From: Reclinomonas americana ATCC 50394
Lineage: Eukaryota
DNA length: 58,790 nt
Direction: 5' to 3'
NCBI GenBank assembly: GCA_048213135.1
Contig: PS015219.1
Coordinates: forward strand, 1-58,790
The translations under genes and the position numbers were made by a program. The notes under the pieces are model-generated. The model did not search any database and had not been told where the DNA came from. It was given only the letters and a program-made list of their open reading frames with translations. Of this stretch, positions 1 to 13,329 are shown in pieces. Within the stretch, counting starts at the first letter, position 1. Each line of letters opens with the position of its first letter.

Positions 1-4
1 ACAG

Positions 5-63
5 GCAAGTCACTGATGCACTCGATGTACGAGAACGTCGGCAACATGATGACGCGCGGCTGA
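5..63 (+). CDS. Probable last exon of a gene entering from the left (…GKSLMHSMYENVGNMMTRG*)
   Basis: CAG acceptor at 2-4, open frame to TGA at 61-63, followed by an A-rich 3' region; no family recognised. Confidence 0.4.
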
Positions 64-278
64 GTCGAGGAGAAGATATTCCGAGCGACCTCGTGGGGGT
101 CCATCATCCGCCTCACCTCAATGAAAAAATCAACAAAAAAGACGGCACTGAGGGGGTAAAGAGGGGAATACAAGCAAGCAAGAAAACACCACAAAGACGA
201 CCAGGTGTTACACTACGTACGCACATATAGAAAAGCAACGTGCGTGACAACTCTCTCTTTCTCACTCTCATCGTCTCT

Positions 279-1025
279 TTAACGGGCGCCCGGTGCGCCG
301 CCACCCGTGGCCATGAAAAAGTCATCGTCGGCCACCACACCTGCTAGTGAGGCCGAGGCACCGCCACTGCCGCTCCCTGAGCCCCCCGGCAGACCCGTGG
401 CATCCTCAAACGACCCCGCGTTGATCAGCAGTGCCTCGCCCGTCTCGTGCGACTCGGCGTGCTCCTTCATCTTTTGCTCACCAAATGCCGTGCTCAAGCT
501 CGACAGCTGCGTGTGTGTGTGTGAGAGAGAGTGTGTGTTGGTGATGGCGCGTAACAGCACTCTCTTCGCTCTTGTGTGTGCGCGCGTGTACAGTGAGAGA
601 CAATAGATGCGTGTGGCTGAGTGACAGGTGTGTGTATAGAGAGTGTGTGTGAATGTGCGTATGAGATGCGTGCCAAAATGAGTGAGTGCACCAGTTGCTC
701 AAACGAAACCACACACTCACGCGCGCGCGTGTTCTGCGTCTCTCTGTGTGTGTATAGTGTAGACGAACCTGTCCCATGGGTGTGCCACCTGGGCCAAGGC
801 TCGTTCCAGTCAGATCCATCTCTGCGCGCGTTTTTGACAACTGAGATCACAACAATCAACTCCGGGACACCAATCAACACCAACCTGTCCCGCTCTTCGC
901 TGTGTTGTGCACTGGGTTGCCCAGCAGTCCTATTGTGTGGCTGATGCAAAAGTGGGAGGAGATACGAGAAGCGGGAAAGCGGCCGCGAGGAGCTTGAACA
1001 TGATATCGACGTCGACGTCGTGCAT
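279..1025 (-). CDS. Hypothetical small multi-exon protein
   Basis: Exon-like segments (MHDVDVDIMFKLLAAAFPLL, HTIGLLGNPVH, EMDLTGTSLGPGG, MKEHAESHETGE…) separated by microsatellite-rich introns; exact splicing and 3' end are ambiguous. Confidence 0.35.
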
Positions 1026-1244
1026 GCCCGCGCGCGGACCGCGCTTGCCCACAAAAACGCAACGCAGCAAGCTCACCCACTCATCCACTGTCACAACGGA
1101 CACACAATGGCAATCAGCTGCAGAGAGAAAGCACTCGGACATCATTGCGCGTCCTGTGACGCGACTTTGACTGTGCTTGCGTGTGTTTCTCTCCCTCCCT
1201 CTCCAGCCTCTCTCTATCCATCTCTCCTACCTGCACATTCCACC

Positions 1245-3951
1245 ATGTTCTCTTACCGTCCGCCCGCTGTGCTGGGCGGAGTGGAGGCAGCCGCCGCGCC
1301 TCCGGCCATTGCGCGCCACGCACAGCAAGCACACGGCAATGGAACAGGAGCAGCAGGAACAGGAGGACGCACACACACTCGTTCCGTGTCCGCCGGACCC
1401 ACCGTTCCCGTCACAGAACCCACGATTCCCGCCCCGGTTCATCACAATGCGAGCAGCGATGAGTTGCTGCCGCCCGAACACACACCGCCGCGCGCGGTGC
1501 AGTCCACCACTGCCGCCAACCGCTCCACTCCACCACCGAGGTCGTCGGCCAGACAGAAGCGCCATGGCAGCTTCCATAAGCGCACTGAGATCTCTGGAAC
1601 ATCGCCCCCCGAGCTGTTTGGTGAGTGACGCAGACAGAAGGAGAGTGTGTGTTGCCAGAGAGTGGCTCATTGAGTGCTGCGCGTGTAGACTTGGAGGTGT
1701 TCAAGATGGAGGAACTGCGCACGAGGGACCTGCGCATTCCGCGGCACGATCCGGCATTGCGCAGCTCTGTGGGCTCCTCGTCGAGTCACGCCACGGGCGA
1801 CGAGCAGCGTGATGGTGACACGCAGCATCAGTTCTCGTCTAGTTCGTCGTCGACGCTGTCGGGTGATTTGGGATCGTCGTCGGGTATGTGCCTGCTGCTG
1901 TTGCTTTTGAGGCACGTCTTTTTTTGCTGCTCATCTCTCTTGTCAGAGCTGCAAACGGCCTCGATTGCCGCTGATGTGGCCACGCATGTGCCGGTGTTGC
2001 CGTCGCGCCGCGCCACACTCACCACCAGGCCTCGCAGTGCCTCGAAACTCACCACGCTGCTGCGCAACTCGGTGAGGGAGACAGATCGACACGCGACGCT
2101 TTCTTGTATCTCGGTACTGATGTGTGTGTGCATGCATGCAGAGTGTTCGCGTGTCCATTTTCCTCCAGTTCGGCTCGGCAGCCGTGCCGATTGCGACCAC
2201 GGCCGGGGCCGCCGCAGCGGTGTCATTGTCCGGCAGCATGGGGTCGCCGCTGCATATACAACCGCCACCAGCGTCCACCACCACAACGACAACCACCACC
2301 ACCACCACCACCGCGGCGGCGCCACCATCAGGAATCGATGGGCTTCCCGAGATCCCACCTCACATTTTGGCCATGATGCAACGTGCGGCACCGCGGAATC
2401 AAAAGGCCGCCTCCAAGCCCAACGTCAAGGTCGATGTGAGTGCCAACACCACGGTGGAGATGTTGATTCAGGAGGCGCTGCGGGAGTGCGTACGGCGGTC
2501 GATTCCACACCCCACCTTCTCGTCGTACAAGGCATACCTGCTGCGAATGGCCGACGACGAGGGCGAAGCAGAGGAGGAATTCGATCCGTTTGACTACACG
2601 CGCGTCGTGTCGAGGCTGGGCGTCAAGACATTCGTGCTGTGCATGAACCCCAAGTATGTCCCCGAACCAGGTACCGTGCTGAGCTTGCGTCTGTGCACCG
2701 GAATGTGTGTGTGTACGACAAGTGTTTCACCCTCGCTATCCAATCCACAGAACCCGTCCCCGACCTGGCCATCGAAGACGACGACGCGCATTCGTCGACC
2801 TTCAAGGCCAGGTGTACGTACGGCCTCGGCGACATTTGTATTTTTGTACATATCTTCACAGGTTTGTGCACTGAAGAGAGTGTGTGTGCGTCACTTGTCA
2901 CCCCCTTACACTCCCATCTCGCCCCTCCGCAGGCAACTCGGACCATCCGAGCGACCGCAAGCGCATGTTTGTACCACCGGATCTATTGATGAAAAACCTG
3001 CTGGATTTCCTGGCCTCCAACCTTGGCGTCGATCCGGCACGGTGTACGCTGGCTGAATGGCAGCCGGAGCCTCTTCCACGACCAGCATCGCCTGGTGGTG
3101 CACTGGGTTCACGCTCAGCTCCGGCCTCCACCACGGCCGCGCTGGACACAGCGTCGAGGAGGTTTGTGGGGCGCGCCGTCGACATTCCGCCCACCGACAT
3201 GGAGAAAACCATGCGGCAAATCAGTGCCGGCGAGTTCAAGCTCGTCACACAAGACGGTACCATGCTTTGTCTGCGAGAGAGAGGAGCTGTTGGGTTGCTG
3301 ACGGCTTGCGTGTGCTCAGCGTTGCCGTCGGAGGAGATTGACATTCAGGGCGCGTTGCAGTCGTACTTCTTCTCCGAGTTCAGCGCCAGCCAGTACACGG
3401 ATTACACGCTGGTCAAGATCAACAAGTACGGCATGCGACAGGAGCGTGTACTGGGCATTGATCGCGACAAGATCTACAACGATGTGCCGAGTGCCGACAA
3501 GACTTTTGTGTCGAGGAAAAAGACGAAGAAGGTGTGTGTGTGTGTGTGGTCGGTCCCTCGTTGTTGTCGCCACCTGTTGTCTCACCATGCCACAGCCGGA
3601 GCGCCTCATCCGCGACATTGTCGACGTGTACATTGTTGACGAGAAGCCGCGATACTTTGTAATGACACTGCGCCAGTCGAACAGCACCAAGGAGCAGATG
3701 TTGTTGTACGAGACGCACGGCGAGGCAGAATGCGGTTGCGTTTTGCATCGGCGGTGCATGCCCACTCGCGCACAGCAAGCTCACTCTCTCTCTCTCTCTC
3801 TGTCTTTGTTCTTGTGTGCACAGCCGAAGTCGTGGCCAAGCTGAGATACCTGATGGGCGTGCACACACCACACTTGCGGCTACAAGCGTCGGCCGGTCTT
3901 CCCCGAAAAAAGGCACAAGGCCGAATCGCCTCACTGATCGCCAAACCGTGA
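1245..3951 (+). CDS. SIN1: TORC2 subunit SIN1/Avo1/RipA-like protein (CRIM + PH domains), multi-exon
   Basis: CRIM-like VKVDVSANTTVEMLIQEAL…AYLLRMADDEGEAEEEFDPFD…GVKTFVLC; SIN1-PH-like YTLVKINKYGMRQERVLGIDRDKIYN…AEVVAKLRYLM. Confidence 0.85.
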
Positions 3952-4170
3952 CGAAGCGACAGCTTTGAAAACCGTGGTGCGGTGTGCGGTGCAACGCGAG
4001 AGTGCAAGCGCAAGCGCAAGGGGAGTGAAAAACGAATTGTATCACAAGTCCTGCATCGCATTGCATTAGCAACCACCTCCTCCTCTCACACGCACGCGCG
4101 CGAACCGTCGCTGCTCTCCACCTTCTCACTCTGTACTGTGTGCTGGGGGGTGGCACCCTGACCATCAGCG

Positions 4171-6894
4171 ATGCTGAAGCCATGGGAGTGGTTCAGACCG
4201 TTTGATTGGCTGGTTCTTGGTCAAGTGGTGCGCTCGCTGATCAACACACACAAGCGCGCACACACACACACACACACTTACCTTCCACATGCACACGCAC
4301 ACGCACGCAGGTCTACAGCGCTGTGACACTGGCCTCGTGGAGAGATGGACTGGGTGAGTTGGAAGCGCACACACCATTGGCGGCCACCTGATGAGTGTCT
4401 GACCTCATACGTGTCTGTGTGCATGCGCAGGAGGAGTTGGTGTTGGTTTGCTCGCTCTCAGCTTTGTCGGTGTGTTTGTGGCCTTCAAGGCGCGTCAGGC
4501 CTCGCGAGGACGCGCACTTGAGTTTCCACTAGAGAAGGCGCTGGTGAAATCGTTTCGTGTGTACAGGGAGAATCGATCGTGTGTATGCGTGCGTGTGTGA
4601 TGCTAATGGTTGCTGCGAGTAGGCATCTAGCATGCGTCGTTCTCAGTCTGTTCCTGGCCGGCATTGCGCTGCTGATGTCGGCGGCGTTTGTGGCCAAGTG
4701 TCACTCGCATAATGAGCACAGTGATGAGGTCTCTCTCTCTCCTCCTCTCGCTTTCTGCTTCCAAATAGGGCTTCACTGACTCTCCACTGCGCACAGAGTA
4801 CTGCGTTTTCGGTGCAAGTGTTGCACATGGACTACGCGGTGCGATTGCAAATGATGCAGTTTGTTGTGTGGTTGACTTGTCTGCTGACTGGCTTGGTATC
4901 TGCAGTGCGGCGCCTTTGAGGGTGGATTCGAGTACTTTGAGGTCATCTGGGCCTGTATCGGCATTGGATGGATGGTGCGCTGCGCACGGAGTGAATGCTG
5001 TTGTCGTCAAGAGAGGACTGACAGCGTGAATGCTGCTGCTGCTGCTGCTGCAGATTGTTTCGCTAATCTTCAACATCTTTTATCTGCGGCAAGTGCAAGC
5101 AGGTGCGCGGGCTGTGCGATCGAAAGTGTGTCGTGCAGTCGCTGACACGCAGTTGCAGATATCGACAGTGGTGCGACCCGAGCGCACCCGTTCCAGCTGT
5201 CGAGCAGTCGTGCGAAAGTGGTGATTCGAGAGAAATCACACGCGCTGCTGATCGTCGCCGTGGCACACACGGTGTGTACGTGACCTCTCGGCGAAAATGA
5301 TGCACCGCATGGTTTCTCACTTGCGCTGTGACAGTTCTTTGGTGTGCTGTGTTCGCTCGATTGGCAGAGCGGTTATGCACCAGCCGGGTTCGCGCTGGTG
5401 TTGTTCGGCCTCATCGGCATCTACGCGTGTCGAGTGTCGACCACGGGCGACATTGCCGAGTCGCGCGGCTACATCAATGTGTTGCGTGGGCACCACTGCT
5501 TGTCATTTGTTGACCTCCTACCCAGCTGGCTCATCATGTTGACTGATGCAGCTATTTTGTATGCTGCGTGACCACGCTGTTCGTGGTGCTCGTCATGTCA
5601 CCGACCACACTGATGCGCTGGCGAGTGTGCCAAGACTTTGCCGAGGCCAAACTCACGTCCGACGTGCCGCCGGGCTCGGAAAGCAGCACGCCAGTCGAGG
5701 GACACAGCATCAGTACTCCTGCCTCGTCCAGTTCCCGACGACGCCCTGCGCCTCGCGGTGGCGGAGGCGGAGGTGGATCCGAATTAGATATACCCGAAGT
5801 GGAACACAACGGGTACGCCAATGTGCTCGGCCGTCCGCTCGACTGCAGGCACAGTACGCGTGTGCTGGACGCCCTCAGTGCCGTGTCGGCATTCGTTCTC
5901 GTGTTTGTGATGGTGTGTGATACTGCTGTGTGCACCGANNNNNNNNNNNNNNNNNNNNNNNNNNNNNNNNNNNNNNNNNNNNNNNNNNNNNNNNNNNNNN
6001 NNNNNNNNNNNNNNNNNNNNNNNNNNNNNNNNNNNNNNNNNNNNNNNNNNNNNNNNNNNNNNNNNNNNNNNNNNNNNNNNNNNNNNNNNNNNNNNNNNNN
6101 NNNNNNNNNNNNNNNNNNNNNNNNNNNNNNNNNNNNNNNNNNNNNNNNNNNNNNNNNNNNNNNNNNNNNNNNNNNNNNNNNNNNNNNNNNNNNNNNNNNN
6201 NNNNNNNNNNNNNNNNNNNNNNNNNNNNNNNNNNNNNNNNNNNNNNNNNNNNNNNNNNNNNNNNNNNNNNNNNNNNNNNNNNNNNNNNNNNNNNNNNNNN
6301 NNNNNNNNNNNNNNNNNNNNNNNNNNNNNNNNNNNNNNNNNNNNNNNNNNNNNNNNNNNNNNNNNNNNNNNNNNNNNNNNNNNNNNNNNNNNNNNNNNNN
6401 NNNNNNNNNNNNNNNNNNNNNNNNNNNNNNNNNNNNNNNNNNNNNNNNNNNNNNNNNNNNNNNNNNNNNNNNNNNNNNNNNNNNNNNNNNNNNNNNNNNN
6501 NNNNNNNNNNNNNNNNNNNNNNNNNNNNNNNNNNNNNNNNNNNNNNNNNNNNNNNNNNNNNNNNNNNNNNNNNNNNNNNNNNNNNNNNNNNNNNNNNNNN
6601 NNNNNNNNNNNNNNNNNNNNNNNNNNNNNNNNNNNNNNNNNNNNNNNNNNNNNNNNNNNNNNNNNNNNCAAATCGTGCCTCTCTTCTTTACTCACTGCGC
6701 TGCAGATCTTGTGCTTTGTGGCAGCCAATGCGCTGCTTGTCAAGCTCGTGTTGGCGCACGAGCACCCGAACGATTTTGAAATGTTCCGCTCCAGTGCCGC
6801 CGCTCCCGAGAGGCGGCGTGCGCTGCAGGATCCGTTGGAATTCGACGAGGAGGACGAGGTGTCAGAAATAGTAGAACATGATGAATGGGATTAG
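4171..6894 (+). CDS. Uncharacterised polytopic membrane protein (~8 TM, apparent 2 x 4-TM duplication); spans an N-gap inside an intron
   Basis: Spliced exons give alternating hydrophobic helices; acidic C-tail ends HDEWD* at 6894. Confidence 0.6.
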
Positions 6895-6952
6895 TGGCGT
6901 GCGAAAAATGAATGTAACAAAATGTTTGTGCAGACATGAATACATTCCGAAT

Positions 6953-9900
6953 TCACGGCGAGTCGGCGCCCCACTCCTCCACTCGACCCTCAAACGCCTC
7001 CGCATGCCGTTCAGAATCAGCATCCGACATGAGAGGCGAGGCAGGCGAGGCGCCTGCCTCCACGCCCGCATGCTGATGATGATGGTCATCGCCGACGAAA
7101 CCCTCTGGCTCGCCCTCGCTGGCCTCCACCCCATCGTGGGTCACCTGCAAGAAGTCGTGGCTGGCGCGATTGGCCTCGCCATTGTCGTACAGGACCTCGT
7201 CGTCGTCACCCGGTGCTGCGGCCGTGGGCGGTGGCGACATGCGCGCCGAGTGCTTGGCCGATTGCGCTCGCACTTGCGAACCGCCGGCATCGCTGGCCAG
7301 ACGCGGAGTCGCCGGTGCAGACGGTGGACGGTCTCGCGTTGNNNNNNNNNNNNNNNNNNNNNNNNNNNNNNNNNNNNNNNNNNNNNNNNNNNNNNNNNNN
7401 NNNNNNNNNNNNNNNNNNNNNNNNNNNNNNNNNNNNNNNNNNNNNNNNNNNNNNNNNNNNNNNNNNNNNNNNNNNNNNNNNNNNNNNNNNNNNNNNNNNN
7501 NNNNNNNNNNNNNNNNNNNNNNNNNNNNNNNNNNNNNNNNNNNNNNNNNNNNNNNNNNNNNNNNNNNNNNNNNNNNNNNNNNNNNNNNNNNNNNNNNNNN
7601 NNNNNNNNNNNNNNNNNNNNNNNNNNNNNNNNNNNNNNNNNNNNNNNNNNNNNNNNNNNNNNNNNNNNNNNNNNNNNNNNNNNNNNNNNNNNNNNNNNNN
7701 NNNNNNNNNNNNNNNNNNNNNNNNNNNNNNNNNNNNNNNNNNNNNNNNNNNNNNNNNNNNNNNNNNNNNNNNNNNNNNNNNNNNNNNNNNNNNNNNNNNN
7801 NNNNNNNNNNNNNNNNNNNNNNNNNNNNNNNNNNNNNNNNNNNNNNNNNNNNNNNNNNNNNNNNNNNNNNNNNNNNNNNNNNNNNNNNNNNNNNNNNNNN
7901 NNNNNNNNNNNNNNNNNNNNNNNNNNNNNNNNNNNNNNNNNNNNNNNNNNNNNNNNNNNNNNNNNNNNNNNNNNNNNNNNNNNNNNNNNNNNNNNNNNNN
8001 NNNNNNNNNNNNNNNNNNNNNNNNNNNNNNNNNNNNNNNNNNNNNNNNNNNNNNNNNNNNNNNNNNNNNNNNNNNNNNNNNNNNNNNNNNNNNNNNNNNN
8101 NNNNNNNNNNNNNNNNNNNNNNNNNNNNNNNNNNNNNNNNNNNNNNNNNNNNNNNNNNNNNNNNNNNNNNNNNNNNNNNNNNNNNNNNNNNNNNNNNNNN
8201 NNNNNNNNNNACCCGGAGCGAGATCGCGTGCCGGACGATGGGCGCACAGGTTCATCACTTGCCTGCGGCGCGGGCACTTCAAGATCCTGCGCTGCCTCGC
8301 CCTCATGCTCAGTGACAAACTCTTCGACGCCCTGCTGCTGGTGCTGCTGCTCGTCGACTTCTGGCATAGCAGCTTCCTGTGCCTCCACAGGCTCCACATC
8401 GGGCTGCGGTGGCATGGCGGCAATGTCGTACACAGACGAGCCGCCACCGCCCATGTCGACTGAAACATCGGAGAAGGACGAGGAGCCGCCGCCGCCACCA
8501 CCACCAGCCTGCTCGAGTGACACAAAGGGAAACAGGCGCTCGGCCAGCGACTGTACAGTAAAGTTCGGCGCCCGCACATATGTCAGGAACTCGGAAAACA
8601 ACTGCGAAGCAGCGAGGCTCGTGAGTCCTTGTCAAGCAGGCGCTGCTTGTGAGCACAAAAAAACAGTGAACGCACCAGGAACTTGCGATTGTCGACGTGT
8701 GTCCATCCGAGTGCTCCGTTTGTTCTTCTCTCCGCAAACTGCCACGAGAGCCGCGTGAGCAGGGAATAGTGACACGACAATCGAGAGCGCCAACGCACAA
8801 GCATGCCCAAGTAGGAGAGCAGAGCCAAATCTTGCTCTCCAGACAATGCCGTACCGCTCTCCGCCAGCGCCACCAGCGCCTCTATATCTCTCCGAATGCT
8901 GCGCACGAGGCCGGGTGAATGATGCTGCTCGCCGGCAGGGCATTAGGATGCATGCGGTGAAGAAACGCACCTGTCCACCAGTGGATGTGCGGCCAGAGGA
9001 TGCGAGGAAAGGTAGGAGATGCGATCGCGAAGAACGGCCTTGGTTTGTTCGGGTGTCCACACGCCACCGGTGGCCAGCTGCGTAATGGAAGACTGAGGGG
9101 CATGATGTGTGATTACACGAAAAGAGGGAAATGCAAACGCACCTCGCCCAACAGTGCCGACAACTCCATACGGCAGTACAGAGCCTGTGCATCCTGGTTG
9201 GCCTGCGACATGGGCGACGGCCAGATCGGGTGTGTGCCGACCCACTTGTACGACGAGGTCTCGCACGTGTACACATTGTAGTACTGCAGCGCGATCTGTA
9301 CTCTCATCTGGTGATCCTCCGACTGCTGGAAGCCACCGAAACGCTCCTCCAATACGGCCTCTGCAGCATCAAGTGAGCGAGTGTGCGCGTGAGTGTTGAA
9401 GCCGACGGAAACATTGCCACTCACTCACCATCGAGTGCAAACACCACATCCTTGGGCTGCGGGAGGCGAGGAGGTTACGGAAACGCCGCTGCAACAACGA
9501 CAACAATGTGCTGCTGCCTCACCTCATTGACACCGACGTCGCCGATCGAGACACGGAATGTGTCCTCACCAATCTTGTGCACGGGGTAGCTCGTCCACAC
9601 TTGCTTCACATGGAAGTTCGACAGACCCTGCAGCGTGCATTGTCAGCATCCGGGAGAGCACGTACGACATGACGCCTTCCGTACGCCACCTTGACGATAA
9701 TCGTAGCGCCTCGGGCAAGAATGTCCACACAGTCGCACAGACAATCCAAAAACGGCAGTGGGAAGTCTGCGCGTGTGAACAATCACGAGTCAGCACAGAG
9801 AAAACAACAGCAGACACGGGTATGTGCGTGCCCAACCTGAGTTGACGTCGAGGGTATGATACAATCGACCTCCCATTCGCTTCGTGAGCGATCTGCAGCG

Positions 9901-11360
9901 ATACACAATCATGAGAAGAATGCAGTCGCCATCTGTTCTGCGCTCCTCCTCGCACCTCAAAAAGGCAACATCCACATTGTTGCCCAGGGCACAAGCGTGC
10001 AGCGAAAAGAATCGCCGACAGCCCGACAGTGCCTTTTGCACCTCATCAAACATCAGTTGCCTGAAAGCGTCACATGTGCGTGAGTGAAGCGAAAAGTCAA
10101 CAACTCGACGATTCCTGCTCTCACTTTTCCTGCGCCGACAGCACTTGCGGTCCGCTGGTGATCACAATAATGTTGGAGACGGCTCCAGCTAATCTGCGGG
10201 TCCACAACACTCACTCAGTCGTCATCTACCGACGAGCGGGAATGAGCACATTTCCATCACACACCCGCCATGCTCCTGCATCTCAAAAATGGCCTTGCTG
10301 ATTCCATCCCAGAAGCGCCTGCTGTACTTGGCCTGCAGTGCATTGATAGACTTCATCAAGCTTGCCTGCGCGCAAAGCACCTCAGCCCTGAGAGAGAGAG
10401 AGATCGCTGCGATGAGGAGATCGAAAATCACGCACCCTGCACGATCCAACCGCAGCCATCGGCTGCAGCATCTCCACAGTGCTCCCAAACGACAGCAACG
10501 CCACACGATCTTCATCGCGCAGCGTGCTCACAGTGAAGCGCAGCCACTGCTTGGCCAGCTCCATGTGCCGTCCCTCCATGCCTTGCGATCGATCTGTCGT
10601 CATCGCAACGACTGAGGCGCAAGAGAAAGAAAACACGCCAGTGGATGTGATAAACGAACGCACCAACAGCAAACACAAACTCTTGCGGCGGCGGCTCAAT
10701 CAGCTCCGAGATCACCGCCCGCACACTGCACGTGTACACGCCCTGCCCCGAGTACCCATACGCGCTCATCTGCGGCATACTGACCGGATCGACCTCACCA
10801 ACGTGCGGCGCCAGGTTGAGCCCTCCGTTCGACATCACCGTCGACGGCGTACCCGCCGAGTGCGTACTGAACGGCCGACTCGCCGCCGACTTGCTCTTCT
10901 TCTTGCGCTGCGACCATCACATCGAACTCAAAATCAATCACTGTTGTTGCACACACACACAGAGAGCGAGAGACAAAGACAGAGAGAGACTGACCACATG
11001 CCCAGCAGACATGGAGGCGCGCGGCTGGCGGTCGTCTGGCTGCGGCACCGACATGAAACCGCCGGCTGGCACTGTCAAGGGCGGTGGTGCGCCTGGCGCG
11101 CCACTCACTGGTCTGTACAGCTTGGGAGGCACATGGAAGCCGCCTCCGACAAACACACGGCGCACATGCACAGCGGTCTCGGGATCAAAGTACTGCGGGA
11201 ACGAACTGCCTCCGTTGCTGACAGTGGCACTGCCGGCGCGTGGCGGCGAGGCTCCTCCTCCTGTGGATGAGGCAGCACCTCCACTGCCGGCGCGACGATG
11301 GGTCCCTGCGCCTGCTGAGGACTGGCGCTGCGGGCTGCCACCTCGTGACACTGTCGACAT
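6953..11360 (-). CDS. von Willebrand factor A domain protein with low-complexity termini, multi-exon
   Basis: MIDAS-like FVFAV-DRSQGM…MELAKQWLRFTVSTLRDEDRVALLSF, NIIVITSG, LHACALGNNVDVAFLRSLTKRMGGRLY; acidic tail continues in frame across the gap to the stop at 6953. Confidence 0.75.
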
Positions 11361-11486
11361 TGCGTGGATCGAACGTTTTGCTTGCGTGCTCGCGTGTGTG
11401 ATTACAGAAACGCGCGTTATGTATTTCTTCTTTTTTTCTTCTTGGTTGTTCATCGGCCTGTTTGCGTGCCTCTCGCTCCTATTCTC

Positions 11487-13057
11487 TCACGGCTCCCAGT
11501 TGTGCTGTCGCGCCACTCGCTCGAACGCCTGTTGCGCCTCGGCCAGTGTGTACGGTGTCGTCATGTTTTGTCGGTCAAGTCGCCCGTTGCCCTGTGTGCG
11601 TGTCGACGCGTGTGGTGAGCTGCTTGTGCGTACTGTGTGCCAGCTGACGTGAAATTGATGACGAACCTCGACAATCTGTGTGCGGATGGAGATCAGAATG
11701 GACTCGATATCGTTGGTCGGCATCCATCCGGTCGTCGTCAGCAACTCCATGCTGCGAGGAAGTGAGTGCGAGAGAAAGAGGAGCGCATTCCCCACAATAC
11801 TGGCGCACCAAATGGAGCCACCAATAGTCACGTGGCCCGTGTGGAAGGCCATGCGCGGCTCCACGACGCGGATGAATGGTGGCTTGAACGGGTACTCGTG
11901 CGGGAACGTCATCTCCATGGTGATGTAGTCCTGCGGCGCACAAAGGAGTCAGTGTGGTGCACGAGGAGTCAATCATTATCAACAACTGGCGAGAGACCTT
12001 GCCCGTTCGCCGCTTGTACTCCTGCAGGTCCTGATGCAGTCCGCTGGAGCTGTCAAAGCCAAACAGCCGCACCTCCCACCGGAACAAGTCGTCTTCAATG
12101 GGTGTCGCACTGAAGCCCTGTCACAACCGCATGAGACCGACACGCGCGCGTATACGAGAACAAGGAGACGGTGGGAGGGGACGCAACAAATTCCTGCGTG
12201 CCGGTCTTCTCCATGTTGATGAGATCCGCCATGATGCGCTCCTCCGCCGGACGTGCACCCCTGGCCACGCCGAAGCGGTCGCGCAGCTGATCCTCCTTGG
12301 ACGGGCCCGTTCTGCACACCCCCAATGAGCACGGCAAACACCCTGGCACTCACAAGTGTCGTGAAAGGCATGCACGCAACGGACGAGGTGGCGGAGCCGC
12401 GGCCGACGAGGAACCACCCGCCTCCTCATCGTCGTCATCCAACTCCAGCTCCAGCTCCTCTGGCTGTCGCCCCATGCCCTCGCCAGTGAGCAGTGAGGAC
12501 GACAAAAGAGAGCACAGAGGAGAGAGTACACAAACCTCCGAGTCATCCCCATCCTCATCGTCCTCATCGTCGTCATCGTCGCCCGCATCGCGCGTCTTCA
12601 AGAACCCGCGCGTGATGAACTCCATGAACTTGATCAGCGAGTCGTACTGCAGATCGTTGGCGTCGTTGATCACATGCGAGTACTTCTCGTCCTCGATGAA
12701 GAAGAACTGCACGGAATGTAAGGTGAGGCTATTTTCGACTGGATGTGCTTGTGAATGAAGAATAGAAGGACGCAACAAAGCCATCGTCGCACGACACGTG
12801 GAAGGTGGGGCCGTGCGCAAAGCCCAGCTGGAAGGTGGAGTCCACCTGACAACAACAACAACATTCGTAATCAACTTTTCGGAACTCTCGCCACATGCAG
12901 TCACGCAGCAAAAGACAGAGGGGATAGAGAGAGGGAGGGGAGAGAGAGAGAGAAAGAGCAAGCACACCTCGTTGACCATCTGAATGTGAATGTCAGCCTC
13001 GTTGGCAGGCGACGCCAGCCACGTTCTCAGTTGCGCCGCAATCGATGCAAAGCTCAT
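11487..13057 (-). CDS. UBE2Q: Ubiquitin-conjugating enzyme E2 Q-like
   Basis: MEMTFPHEYPFKPPFIRVVEPR…GHVTIGGSIC|MELLTTTGW (catalytic Cys codon split by an intron); C-terminal YTLAEAQQAFERVARQHNW; acidic N-terminal extension. Confidence 0.9.
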
Positions 13058-13329
13058 GGCGAAACACCGTACAGCAAGGGAAGAAGAGACAGAGAGGGAG
13101 AGGGAGAGGAGGGAAGGTAAAGGTGCACTCGCAGCAAAGAAGCGCACACAGGGTGAGAGAGACAATTCGATGCGAGTCTCCGTCACTGTCACAGTCGCCA
13201 CCATCTCCGTCCATCCTCCTCGCGTGTGTTGAGTGGAGGGAAAGCATGAGAGAATGCGTGCTGTTTGGCGTGTTCTGTGAGAAGGATGGTCCGCGGCCAT
13301 TGTTCTGCACGCAGGCACTGGGTCGTGGC

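Noticed and set aside
5568-8758. Long X-filled ORFs in the track (also 48748-50730 and 53837-55021)
   Set aside because: Artefacts of translating through N-gaps.
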